From: an uncultured delta proteobacterium
GTDB taxonomy: Bacteria > Desulfobacterota > Binatia > UBA9968
Direction of reading: 5' to 3'
Length of the DNA: 64,000 bases
Assembly: GCA_963745035.1 (NCBI GenBank)
Contig: CAVUVW010000027.1
Coordinates: 224,001-288,000, forward strand
Below the pieces are notes generated by a model, which ran no database searches, was not told where the DNA came from, and saw only the letters and a program-made list of their open reading frames with translations. Shown one piece after another: positions 19,156 to 28,624 of this stretch. Each line of letters begins with the position of its first letter. The first letter of the stretch is position 1. The position numbers and the translations under genes are program-made.

Positions 19156-20190
19156 TTACTTCATTCCCAGAATCTTCGTGTACTCGCGTGTCAGGCGGTC
19201 GATCATCTCCGATTGGTTTTGCGCCATGTAGAGCACCTTTTTGCCCTGAACGTACTTGTTCGCGCGGGTGCCGGAAATGAAGGCTGAAGTGTGGCCGACG
19301 AACTCTTCCCAAATTTTCTGCGCCTCGGATGTCGTTAGAAACGCCGCAAAGAGATGGGCCGCCATTGGGTGGCGCGCGCCCTTGAGCACGCCGACGTGAT
19401 AGGCGGGCGAAACCACGGGCTGGATGTCGGCGAAGACGATGGGCGCTCCGGTTTTCTCGGCCGTGAAGATAAAGCTGTTCGTCAACGTGACCGCCAACGA
19501 TAATTCTCCCAGTAAAAGCCTGCTGTAAGTTTCTCCGAGCCGGCCGATGGCCGGAGCCTGCTGGGAAAGTGCCTTGATGTATTTGGTGGTCTCCTCTTCA
19601 CCCCACGCTGCGGCGAGCATGGCGAGGTGCGCCGGAGTCGCGTTCGTCACGCCCAGTTTTCCGCCTTTCCATTTCGGGTCGAGCAGGTCGTGCCAGCTCC
19701 GTGGCACATCGGCCGCCGGCAGAAGCTTCTTGTTGTAGGCCGGAAGCGTGAACTGGTTGGCGAAGGAAACGGTGCCGCTGTCGAAATTGATCACCTTGGG
19801 ATCAACGCCCAGAATGCGATAGTCGAAAGGCACGTGAACCTTTCTCAGCCACAACGTCGCATGATAGGTGTCCGGAAAGACGGCGACGTCGAAGTCAGTG
19901 GCTCCGCCGGTGGCCATCTGCGTGATGATACCGGCGAGATCTTTGTCCATGTTGGCCGAAGGCGAGAATTTGAATGTCACTGAAATACCGTGTTTGCGAT
20001 TGAATGCGGCATTGAGCCGTCGCGCGCCGCGTTCTTCCACCTGGGTGGGCGCATAGAATTCCAGCACGCCTTCCTTGTTGGCGGCGGCAATAACGTCTTT
20101 GACATCGGACTCGACGGCGGCAGAGCTTGCTTCCGGCAGGAGGCTTAGCAACAGAAATACGGTCAGAGCAATGGACTTCAACGAGTTCAT
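19156..20190 (-). CDS. Extracellular solute-binding protein (paralog of 17460-18482)
   Basis: AANKEGVLEFYAP, GTVSFANQ, DLLDPKWKG, QPVVSPAYHVGVLKG shared with the paralog. Confidence 0.88.
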   Translation of the reverse strand: MNSLKSIALTVFLLLSLLPEASSAAVESDVKDVIAAANKEGVLEFYAPTQVEERGARRLNAAFNRKHGISVTFKFSPSANMDKDLAGIITQMATGGATDFDVAVFPDTYHATLWLRKVHVPFDYRILGVDPKVINFDSGTVSFANQFTLPAYNKKLLPAADVPRSWHDLLDPKWKGGKLGVTNATPAHLAMLAAAWGEEETTKYIKALSQQAPAIGRLGETYSRLLLGELSLAVTLTNSFIFTAEKTGAPIVFADIQPVVSPAYHVGVLKGARHPMAAHLFAAFLTTSEAQKIWEEFVGHTSAFISGTRANKYVQGKKVLYMAQNQSEMIDRLTREYTKILGMK

Positions 20191-20347
20191 TTTGACTCCA
20201 CGTAAAAAAATAGAGTTCATTGATAGCCGCTGGGTTTGGCGCAGTCAAACGAACCGCAGCTTACGCGCCACCGACTTCGGCGGCTGAATTGAAAAACCGC
20301 CACCCCACGACTATAACCGAATCGAACGGTGCGGATTGGAGGCGTAC

Positions 20348-21537
20348 ATGTTTTCACCGATAAAATCGTCGCAGCTCTTTTCCGAAGAAGGTCTGTTTGC
20401 TTCTGGCGCTGCTGCCGGGGAGTTTGCTTTCCTGGCTCAAGACGGCCGGTCCGCAAACGGAAAATTGATCGATTCGAGCGCGGAAGCGCAGGCACGCCAG
20501 ACACTGGTCAATCTCGATGCAGGCTTAAAGTCAGGCGGGCTGGATCTGGGTGCTACCGTGAGCTTGATGGTGTATTTGCCGCACTACGAAGGTGCCAGTG
20601 AAATCGCCAACGTGCTTGCTGCTGCTTTTGGTGGGGATGCCAACAATCTTCCCGCAATCACGCTGGTCGGCGTAGCCGGCCTCGACGGTGGGTGCGCGGT
20701 CCGCATGGATGCGATTGCCACTTCCAGCCGAGATCGTGAGTCTTTCCGCTTGCGCGAACTAGCACTCGCGCAGGGCAGCCTGTGCCATGGCGTTCGAGTC
20801 GGGAATTTTGTGTTCTTGTCCGGCATCGATGCGGCGGATGGGCAGGGAAGCGTTGCCTCGCCTGTGACGATTCAATCCCAGACCACCGAAATACTTGCGA
20901 GGATCGACAAGCTGTTGAACAGCCAAAATCTTTCCCTTGGCGATCTCTGCCGCACGTTCATGTTCATGCCCGGCACGATTCACCGGCCGGGGTACGGAGA
21001 AGCGCGCAAGAAGGTTTACCACGGAATTTTTTCAGAAGATGAGTTTCCGCCCAATTCCGGCATTTACATTCCGAGCTTGGGCCGAGATATTTTGCTACGG
21101 TCTGTCGGCATTGCCTATCGCGGTGAAAAGAAAATTATCGCCAGTCCGAAAGTAAGAAAGGCTCCCGGCTCCTTCTCCCAATCGATGCGGACGGGTGACT
21201 GGCTTTGGATTGCCGGGCAAGATGCGGTGGGATTCAGCCGCGAAGTGGAGAACGAGAACAGCTTTGAAGGCCAGATCGAGGCGACCCTGCGCCATTTGAA
21301 AGACATCGTCGAAGAAGCCGGCGGCAGCCTGGACGACGTGGTGAAAACCACGGTTTATCTCATCGCCGGTCAGGACCGCTCGCGGTTTGCTCAATGCCTA
21401 TCGAGAGTTTCTTCGCTCGCTATCTGCGTTCTTCCACGATGCCAGCGGGACTGACGATGGAAGTGCAGGAGCTTTCGCCGCGCTGCCTAGTTGAGATCGA
21501 TGCGCTGGCTCTGTTGCCGGAGTCGTCGTCGCGCTGA
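20348..21537 (+). CDS. Triple Rid-domain fusion protein (frameshift near 21400)
   Basis: Three YjgF-like repeats (FAFLAQ, FVFLSG, WLWIAGQ...DVVKTTVY); tail MPAGLTMEVQELSPRCLVEIDALA continues in another frame to TGA 21535-21537. Confidence 0.8.
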
Positions 21538-21572
21538 TTTGCAGCTCGGAGAAGGACGATTTGGAAGAGGAC

Positions 21573-21660
21573 TCACCGCAGAGGCGCGGAGTGCGCCGAG
21601 ATAAAGAATTTGTTGTTGAGAAGTATTCCGAACTCTGCGAACTCTGAGCCTCTGCGGTGA
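21573..21660. repeat. Palindromic intergenic element CACCGCAGAG...CTCTGCGGTG
   Basis: Terminal inverted arms; inverted homolog at 24042-24129. Confidence 0.8.
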
Positions 21661-21733
21661 AATATTGTTTCATCCGTGGAGGAGCTGTCGCGGTGGCGCT
21701 ATGACGCAGCAAAAAGGCACAGGGGAAGAAAAG

Positions 21734-22880
21734 ATGGGCACTGACCAGTCGATAGACCTCTATCGCACCGAGCCCGGCACTCTCGCTGGGCGCTATCTGC
21801 GATCATTTTGGCAGCCGGTTTGCCGCGCCAAGGATTTGCCTGTGGGCGAAGCCGTGCCGCTGCGGATCATGAGCGAGGACTTTACGCTTTACCGCGGAGA
21901 AACCGGCACGCCGCACGTCGTCGCGTTTCGCTGCGCGCATCGCGGCACCCAACTCTCGGCCGGCTGGGTGGAAGGTGATTGTATTCGCTGTTTTTATCAC
22001 GGCTGGAAATATGACGCGGCGGGTCAATGTGTCGAGCAACCGGGCGAGGACGCGTCGTTCAAGGCGAAGATCAAGATTCGCAGCTACCCCACCAAAGAGT
22101 ACCTCGGGCTCATCTTTGTATTCCTGGGCGAAGGCGTCGCGCCGCCGTTCCCGCGTTACTCCGACCTGGACGGCGGCATCGTCGACGTGCTGCTCAGCGA
22201 AGAGTGGCCGTGCAATTATTTCAATCGGCTCGACAACCTGGGCGATCCGGTCCATGTGCCGTTTACCCATAGAGAATCGCGCAGCAGGATCGGCATCGAC
22301 GTGGTGGTGCCCGACGCGCTGATCGCAGAGGAAAACGACGTCGGCATCAAATTGACCCGGAAGTTGGGCGGCGGGAAGACCGAGGCGCGCTACATCCTCA
22401 TGCCGAATATGAATCATCTGAGACATCCGCTGCGCATCAAAGGACCGATGGCAAAAGAACTCGGCGAAGGATCGGTGGACCGATTCTTGTGGCGCGTGCC
22501 CATCGAGAACGACCGCTGTCTTGGGGCTGGGCGTCGATGTCGTGCATCTCAAAAGCGAGGAAGCGAGAAAAAAGTTTCTACAGTTTTCCGCCGAATCGGA
22601 AGGGGAGGGTCCAAGCCATGTGGAGTTAGGGGAAAAGGTTCTGCAAGGCAAGGCCAAGATCAGGAATATGAATGGCGCCGACAATTACGAGCTGACCCGG
22701 ATCGAAGACTACGTCGCTCAGGTAGGGCAGGGCGCGATGGCGGATGCCAGCAATTTCCACCTGGGCCGCAACGACGCCGTCGTGATACTTTTCCGAAAAA
22801 TTTGGGAGCGCGAGCTGCGGGCGCTTGCGGAGTCGCAGCCGACGAAGCAGTGGAAGACGCTGTCGAAGCGCGGATTTTGA
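21734..22880 (+). CDS. Rieske non-heme iron oxygenase alpha subunit (phthalate 4,5-dioxygenase/VanA-like alpha3 type), frameshift near 22520
   Basis: GRYLRSFWQP, CAH...CFYH Rieske ligands, DPVHVPFTH, then EDYVAQVGQG and HLGRND in ORF 22521..22880. Confidence 0.9.
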
Positions 22881-22896
22881 AACAGCGTAAAAAGAA

Positions 22897-23042
22897 GAAA
22901 ATCCGAAATTCGAATTTCGAAATCCGAAACAAATTCGAATTTTCAAACAATGCAAAGATTAGGGGCAAATGGAGTTTTGAGCTTTCGGATTTGTGATTTG
23001 GCTTCGTTTGTTTCGGATTTCGAGCTTCGGATTTCGAAATTT
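22897..23042. repeat. Inverted arrays of 7-bp repeats (AAATCCG/TTCGAAA...TTTCGGA)
   Basis: aaatccgaaattcgaatttcgaaatccgaaac at left; ttgtttcggatttcgagcttcggatttcg at right. Confidence 0.8.
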
Positions 23043-23063
23043 GGTTCGCTTGTCAAGGTGAGT

Positions 23064-24032
23064 ATGAAAGCATCTTTTATTAATTTTGCGCTGTCTTTCA
23101 TTTTGTTCTGCGCTGGTCTCCTGTCGGTTGCACGCGCCGCCGACATTGCGAAGGTGCACCGAACCGGCATCGGTAGTCCCAATGCGTTCATGTTCGTCGC
23201 GGGAATCGACAAGGGATTCTACAAGGACCAGGGTCTCGAGACCCTGACGATCATGGCGCAGCCGCAGGTGGGCGTGCAGGGACTCATCGGCGGGAGCTTC
23301 GACTTCAGTCAGATCCTGGGCGCGAGCACGACCGCGATCATGCGCGGCGTCGGCCTCAAGATCGTGATGGTGTTCGACAGCAAGCCGCAGTTTTGGCTTT
23401 ACGGCGCGCCGGAGATCAAGACCTTGCAAGACGTTCGGGGAAAGACCGTGGCGATTCAAACCATCGGCGGCGCCAGCGGACAGATGACTCGCGAGCTGCT
23501 CAGCAAGAGCGGCATCGATCCGCAGCGCGACGTGACGATTCAGGTCATACCTTTGGAAGGCCGGCTGGCCGCCTTGGGCAGCGGCGGGGTTGCCGCCACG
23601 GTGGTCAACGCGCCGGAGCGCACGCGAGCAAACAGGATGGGATTCAACGAGCTGGCATCCTATGGCGACCATTTCGAGTATTCGAGCGGCGGCGTTGCCC
23701 TCACGGACAAAATGCTCGCGGAGCGGCCGGACTTCGTGCGGCGGTTTTTGGCCGCCACGCTGCAAACCTTGCAATGGTACAGAAGGAACGAGAAAGAGGC
23801 GGTGAAGATGTTCGCGCGCTTTAGCAAAGTGCCGGAAGAGGATGCTCTGGCCGTGTATCGTGCATCGGTGAAGGCGTACACCGAAGACGGCACGCTATCG
23901 CCGGCCGTGCAGGAGCGCATTATCAATTTTCACAAGAACGAAGTGAAGATCGACAAGGATGTTCCGGCGCAGCGGGTTTTTAGTTTCAATCTATTGCACT
24001 CGATTTTGAGCGAGCGGGGTAAAGTGAAATAA
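23064..24032 (+). CDS. NMT1/TauA-type ABC substrate-binding protein
   Basis: Signal peptide, KGFYKDQGLE, LQDVRGKTVA, GIDPQRDV, RPDFVRRF. Confidence 0.88.
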   Translation: MKASFINFALSFILFCAGLLSVARAADIAKVHRTGIGSPNAFMFVAGIDKGFYKDQGLETLTIMAQPQVGVQGLIGGSFDFSQILGASTTAIMRGVGLKIVMVFDSKPQFWLYGAPEIKTLQDVRGKTVAIQTIGGASGQMTRELLSKSGIDPQRDVTIQVIPLEGRLAALGSGGVAATVVNAPERTRANRMGFNELASYGDHFEYSSGGVALTDKMLAERPDFVRRFLAATLQTLQWYRRNEKEAVKMFARFSKVPEEDALAVYRASVKAYTEDGTLSPAVQERIINFHKNEVKIDKDVPAQRVFSFNLLHSILSERGKVK

Positions 24033-24041
24033 GGAAATTTT

Positions 24042-24129
24042 TTACCGCAGAGACACGGAGATCGCAGAGTTCGGAATATTTGTTAATGATGAACTCTTAC
24101 CTCGGCGTACTCTGCGTCTCTGCGGTGAA
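24042..24129. repeat. Palindromic intergenic element (same family as 21573-21660) between convergent genes
   Basis: ACCGCAGAGAC...GTCTCTGCGGT; internal segment is the reverse complement of the first copy. Confidence 0.8.
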
Positions 24130-24144
24130 GACTCTGTTATTGAA

Positions 24145-25194
24145 CTAGAAGCCATATCTCTCAAGCACGGCCATCGCAGCGTTGAACGCCGGCTTGAGCT
24201 CGGCCCGCGTGCTGACGTCTTCGTATGCGGCGCGCACGGCGTCGTCTTTGAAAACGTCGCTGACGGGAATCGGCCGCTCCAGCCTGCCTCTCTTGACCAT
24301 CTCCTGAATGATGCGTTCGAGCGCGTGAGGCTCGATACCGCCGTCCATCGGCAACGCCCAGCTATCGACGCGATCCGGCGCCGAAGCTATGAACAGGCGC
24401 TGTTCGTCTTCATTGTGAGTAAGCTTTCGTAGCCGCTTTTCGAGGTCATAAAGGTACTGAAAATTATTCACATCGCGCATGAACCAGAAGGTGCGCGTGA
24501 TGGCGCGAAAATACGCCTTCAGTTCTTCGCCGCGATGTTCGATGGTTGCGCGCGGCGCCACCGTGACCTTGCCGGGGCGGCGCGGAAAAACTTTGTTGGG
24601 ATCGAGGATGACCGGGTAGCCTTCTTTTTCCAATTCATCGGAGAAGGGCGGCGACGAGGTGATCGCGTTGACCTTGCCGGAGCGGAGCATGTCGATATGC
24701 GCCGGGTTGTTGCGGTAGCCGAACACCGGATCGTGGACCAGCTCGACCTCGGTTTGCGGATCGACGCCCGCGTCTCTCAAGGCTTCTTCAATGAAGAATT
24801 CGACGAGACCGCCGCCGTCCGCCGAATTTTCCCGCACGCCGATCTTGCCGCCGCGGAGCTTGCTTATGTCGGTGATGTGCTTGGAGCCGTACCATTTTAG
24901 AAACGGGGTGTAACGCCAGCCGCCGACGATGTAGACATCGGCGCCTTGCACCCGCTGGACGATCGCCGATTCAGTGTCCACCGCGGTGGCGATGTCCACG
25001 CCGTGTTCCTTGATCGCGAGTCCGAGAGTGTGACTCTCGGAAGGGCCGGGCAAAAGCCCGCTGCGCTCATATTCGTAACGGGTGAGACCCTCCTGTTTGA
25101 AAAAACCCCGTTCTTCGGCGACATACATCGCCACCCAGTGGCCGACATGATAGTTGACGTTGGCGATCAGAATAGGTTGGTCCAGCGTGCTCAT
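24145..25194 (-). CDS. NMT1-like PBP-fold protein without signal peptide (NYHVGH type), copy 1
   Basis: MSTLDQPILIANVNYHVGH, VAEERGFFKQEGL, LRGGKIG; AGGAG RBS. Confidence 0.8.
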   Translation of the reverse strand: MSTLDQPILIANVNYHVGHWVAMYVAEERGFFKQEGLTRYEYERSGLLPGPSESHTLGLAIKEHGVDIATAVDTESAIVQRVQGADVYIVGGWRYTPFLKWYGSKHITDISKLRGGKIGVRENSADGGGLVEFFIEEALRDAGVDPQTEVELVHDPVFGYRNNPAHIDMLRSGKVNAITSSPPFSDELEKEGYPVILDPNKVFPRRPGKVTVAPRATIEHRGEELKAYFRAITRTFWFMRDVNNFQYLYDLEKRLRKLTHNEDEQRLFIASAPDRVDSWALPMDGGIEPHALERIIQEMVKRGRLERPIPVSDVFKDDAVRAAYEDVSTRAELKPAFNAAMAVLERYGF

Positions 25195-25379
25195 GAAAGT
25201 TCTCCTTAATTGCTGTTTTGACGGCCAGAGCTTCTGAAGTATGGCTCCGTCGTAAAATGATCATCCAGCTCACAGCGAGAGTAATGTTTCATTTAACGCG
25301 TGGTTCTGCCGCGGTCAAATCCTTCCTTACAGCTGCTCCCACTTGCGACGACCGCGCGATTGCTTGACGGCAAACCTAT

Positions 25380-26393
25380 GTGCGGATAAAGGAGGCGAAG
25401 CACAGCACGACGGGGGTTCCTATGGCAGTTTTTGGACTCATCGCATTTCTTGTCTTCGCGAGTGCATCGCACGGCTTTTCAGCCGAGAGTCAAAAGGCGG
25501 ATCGAGTGCGCATCGGCTACTCGTCGATTTCCAGCAGCCGCATCGCTCTTTGGGTGGCAAACGACATGGGCTTTTTCAGGAAGAACGGCCTGACCGCCGA
25601 AGTCATCGTGACGCCGGGCGTGCAGGGAACGCAGGCGCTCATCGCCGGCGAGCTGCAGTTTTATCTCGGCGGCGTGGACTCGGCGGCGCTGGCGGCAGCG
25701 CGCGGATCCGATCTCGTCGCCTTGGCTACCGCAGAGCCCATCGAGTACAAGCTTATCACTCAGCCCAACGTCAAGACGGTTAAAGAACTACGGGGAAAGA
25801 AGATCGTCGTCGATCGCGTCGGCGGCACAAGCTACTATATCTCGCTGCAGATCCTCGAAAAGGTGGGCTTGAAAACCGGTGAGGTCGAGCTGGTGCAGGT
25901 CGGCGGCGGGGGAAATCAGCGGGTCGCGGCGTTCAAGTCCGGGTTGGTCGCTGGTGTGGTGACCTCTCCGGATCGGTTCGAGCAATTGAAAATCCCCTAC
26001 TTTGTTTTGGCGGATGCCGCGGAGATGGGCATCAAAGTGATGGGCAACTCTTATCTCACGACGCGAAGCTTTCGCGATCAAAACAAAGACGTGGTGCTGC
26101 GCACCGTGAGGGCGTTGGTGCAAGGGCGGCGTTGGGCCAAGGAGCCGAAGAATCGGCAAGAGGTGCTAAGGATCTACAATCGTTATCTGCCCAGCCCGGA
26201 TTCGGCATTTATGGACCACCTGTACCGCAAGAACGTGGAGGCGATGCCACTTCATCCTTACACCAACATCGATGATCTGAGAGTTTTTCTCTCGTATCTG
26301 TCGGATGCCAATCCGACTCTGCGCAATTTGAAGCTGGCGGAGTTTGTCGACAACAGCTATCTCAAGCGGGTGGAGCAAGAGGGAGCCAGCTAA
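25380..26393 (+). CDS. NMT1/TauA-type ABC substrate-binding protein
   Basis: Signal peptide, VRIGYSS, GFFRKNGL, QALIAGEL, FVDNSYL. Confidence 0.88.
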   Translation: MRIKEAKHSTTGVPMAVFGLIAFLVFASASHGFSAESQKADRVRIGYSSISSSRIALWVANDMGFFRKNGLTAEVIVTPGVQGTQALIAGELQFYLGGVDSAALAAARGSDLVALATAEPIEYKLITQPNVKTVKELRGKKIVVDRVGGTSYYISLQILEKVGLKTGEVELVQVGGGGNQRVAAFKSGLVAGVVTSPDRFEQLKIPYFVLADAAEMGIKVMGNSYLTTRSFRDQNKDVVLRTVRALVQGRRWAKEPKNRQEVLRIYNRYLPSPDSAFMDHLYRKNVEAMPLHPYTNIDDLRVFLSYLSDANPTLRNLKLAEFVDNSYLKRVEQEGAS

Positions 26394-26445
26394 TGTGCGC
26401 TTTTCGGTGGCTCGTAGAAGGCGTCGTGCCGTCGGTCCGCGCGGA

Positions 26446-26526
26446 AATCTCCCGTCGCCCCTCTTTGTCAAAGAGGGAAATCGCTTCGGGCAAGAATCTG
26501 GATGCTGGTTTTCACCGCATGACGGG
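26446..26526. repeat. REP-like hairpins between convergent genes
   Basis: CCCTCTTTgtcAAAGAGGG stem-loop plus a degenerate CTGGAT...ATGAC element. Confidence 0.5.
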
Positions 26527-26528
26527 AA

Positions 26529-27359
26529 TTAAATGGGTTGCCAGGCTGCCAGTGTTGCGGCGGTGGACCAGTCTTTGCCGGCTATATAGTCGGTGAACGA
26601 GGGTTTGGCATTGCCGAGCACACCCTGGAGTGTGATCCAGATCAGGATCTCGTTGGCCACTCCTGCGCGATCCAAAATTTCCGGCGTCGCTTTGTCGACC
26701 ATGTCCTGTCCCTTACCGGCCTTCACCAAAGCAAGAAATTCCAAATCCAGCGCGGTATCGATGGAGCCCATCTTGGGGCCGCCGATATCTCCGGAAAAGC
26801 TGCCGCTGGCGAGCACCGCCACTTTGCCGTTGTAGTGATTGCGAATGTAATCTCCTATCTGCTGTCCGAGCCGAAAGCAGCGCGCCGCGGTGGGCCGCGG
26901 TGGCAGCATACCGTTAATGTGCAGCGGCACGATCGGCAAATCCATGTGCGGCGTCAGCAGGCTCAACGGCACCATGAAAGCGTGATCCAGGATCATTTCC
27001 TGCGAGTAGCTGAAGTCGATGCCGCTTTCGATGCCATAATTCAGCAGTCCCTTGGCCATCGCCGTGTCGACTTTCAACGTCGCGCGCGGAATGCGTAGCT
27101 CCGCCATTTCCTTCGGCGCCGGACCCGTGCAGGTGTCCGAGACACCGAGGCAAAACATTGGCGCGTTGTTGTAGAAAAAGTTGGTCACATGGTCGCTGGT
27201 CAAAATCATAAGACAGTCGGGAGAAGCTGCCGAAAGGTCTTTTTTCAATCGACCGAAAGCGGAATCGAGCTTGGCCTGCACCTCAGGCGAGATCCGGTCC
27301 GGCCGGGACGTGATATTGGGATTGTGCGGCGCGGCGAGGCCCAGAGCGATCTTGCCCAT
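26529..27359 (-). CDS. ligB: Class III extradiol ring-cleavage dioxygenase large subunit (LigB-like, divergent)
   Basis: APHNP, SDHVTNFF, LDHAFMVP, RCFRLG, NEILIW. Confidence 0.82.
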   Translation of the reverse strand: MGKIALGLAAPHNPNITSRPDRISPEVQAKLDSAFGRLKKDLSAASPDCLMILTSDHVTNFFYNNAPMFCLGVSDTCTGPAPKEMAELRIPRATLKVDTAMAKGLLNYGIESGIDFSYSQEMILDHAFMVPLSLLTPHMDLPIVPLHINGMLPPRPTAARCFRLGQQIGDYIRNHYNGKVAVLASGSFSGDIGGPKMGSIDTALDLEFLALVKAGKGQDMVDKATPEILDRAGVANEILIWITLQGVLGNAKPSFTDYIAGKDWSTAATLAAWQPI

Positions 27360-27362
27360 AAA

Positions 27363-27614
27363 CTATTCTCCCCTGACTTGTTTGAAGTAAATAGCGGGTT
27401 TCAGATCCATCAGCCGGGCGAACTGCCAGAGAAGAAAACTATGCGCGCCCATGCGGTAAAGCGCGCCGGCATCGACTTCGCGGATCGCCTTGAGCTCGGC
27501 TTCTTGCAAGTCATAGCGTTTGAGCACGGCATCGGCGCTCTGCTTATACTTTTCTTGCAGTTCCAGATCGTTAAACAAAGCGAAGAGCAGTTTGTCCACT
27601 TGATAGAGGCTCAT
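27363..27614 (-). CDS. ligA: LigA-like small subunit
   Basis: 83 aa, MSLYQVDKLLF...YDL...D..ALYRMGAH; directly upstream of the LigB-like gene. Confidence 0.8.
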   Translation of the reverse strand: MSLYQVDKLLFALFNDLELQEKYKQSADAVLKRYDLQEAELKAIREVDAGALYRMGAHSFLLWQFARLMDLKPAIYFKQVRGE

Positions 27615-28609
27615 TTGCTTTTCCTCATCTCTTCGTTGAGCGAGCGCACGATCGACAGGTCATAGACGTTCTCGGGCGAGACTTCGCGCTCGACCTTGAG
27701 CGATTTCCGCTGAAACGCGATCATCTTTTCCTGCAGGCTGCGCGGAATCGTGCCGTCGGCCGACATGACCCGCACCCAGGCTCTGTAAATGTCGATCGCT
27801 TCAGCGTCGGAAATCTTCATGATCGGCAGCATGCGCGCGACCACTTCTTTCTCGTTGCTCTTGAGCCAATGGAATCCCTTGAGGGTTCCGCGCAGAAACT
27901 TGCGCACCAAGTCCGGCCGTTGCGCCAGGAGTCTTTCGGTGGTGACCGCGCCGGCGGTGACGAATTCCAAATCATCGCCGTAAAAGAGCAGCTCGTTGAA
28001 GCCGTTTTTCTTGGCGATGATGCGGTCCATTTGGTTGACCACGGCCGCATCGACCGCTCCCGTCATCAGCGCCGCCAAGCGGTTGGGAGTAGGCTCGATG
28101 GCGCGCAGCACTACGTCCCTGTGCGGATCGATACCGCGCTTGGGCAAAAGATCGCGCGTCATTTGATCCAGCGCGGCGCCGAAGCTCGACACGGCGACCT
28201 GTTTGCCGCCCTTGAGATCCTGCAGCGATTTGATTTCTTTGCGGGCGAAGAGCCAGTTCAGCGGTTGGGTATCGAAAACCATGACGATCTTGAGCGGCAC
28301 GCCTCTTAGAATCGCGCCGGCGCCCTGGCCGAGAATCTGGCTGAAGTGAAAACTGCCGCCGACCAGTCCCTGAATGCCCGGCAACATGCCGGCCTGGATC
28401 GGGCGAACGTCGAGTCCTTCCTCCCGATAGAAGCCTTTCTCGTTGGCAAACCTATAAAGCAGCGCATTGCCGCTCACGCCGGCCGAGATATGCAGATTGA
28501 CTTCGTCGAGCGCGAAGGAAGGAACAGCCGGCACGAGGCTCAGGGTCAACAAGAAAGCCAGTAACAATTGGTTTGCCGCCCGATGGCACAATAACATTGT
28601 CGATTTCAT
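27611..28609 (-). CDS. NMT1/TauA-type ABC substrate-binding protein
   Basis: Signal peptide, KGFYREEGLD, QGLVGGSFHFSQILG; paralog of 23064-24032. Confidence 0.88.
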   Translation of the reverse strand: MKSTMLLCHRAANQLLLAFLLTLSLVPAVPSFALDEVNLHISAGVSGNALLYRFANEKGFYREEGLDVRPIQAGMLPGIQGLVGGSFHFSQILGQGAGAILRGVPLKIVMVFDTQPLNWLFARKEIKSLQDLKGGKQVAVSSFGAALDQMTRDLLPKRGIDPHRDVVLRAIEPTPNRLAALMTGAVDAAVVNQMDRIIAKKNGFNELLFYGDDLEFVTAGAVTTERLLAQRPDLVRKFLRGTLKGFHWLKSNEKEVVARMLPIMKISDAEAIDIYRAWVRVMSADGTIPRSLQEKMIAFQRKSLKVEREVSPENVYDLSIVRSLNEEMRKSK

Positions 28610-28624
28610 AATCTTTTGTTTCCT

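Noticed and set aside
22897-23042. Repeat arrays here and at 58618-58765 as CRISPR
   Set aside because: Units are 7-9 bp without unique spacers, and there are no cas genes.
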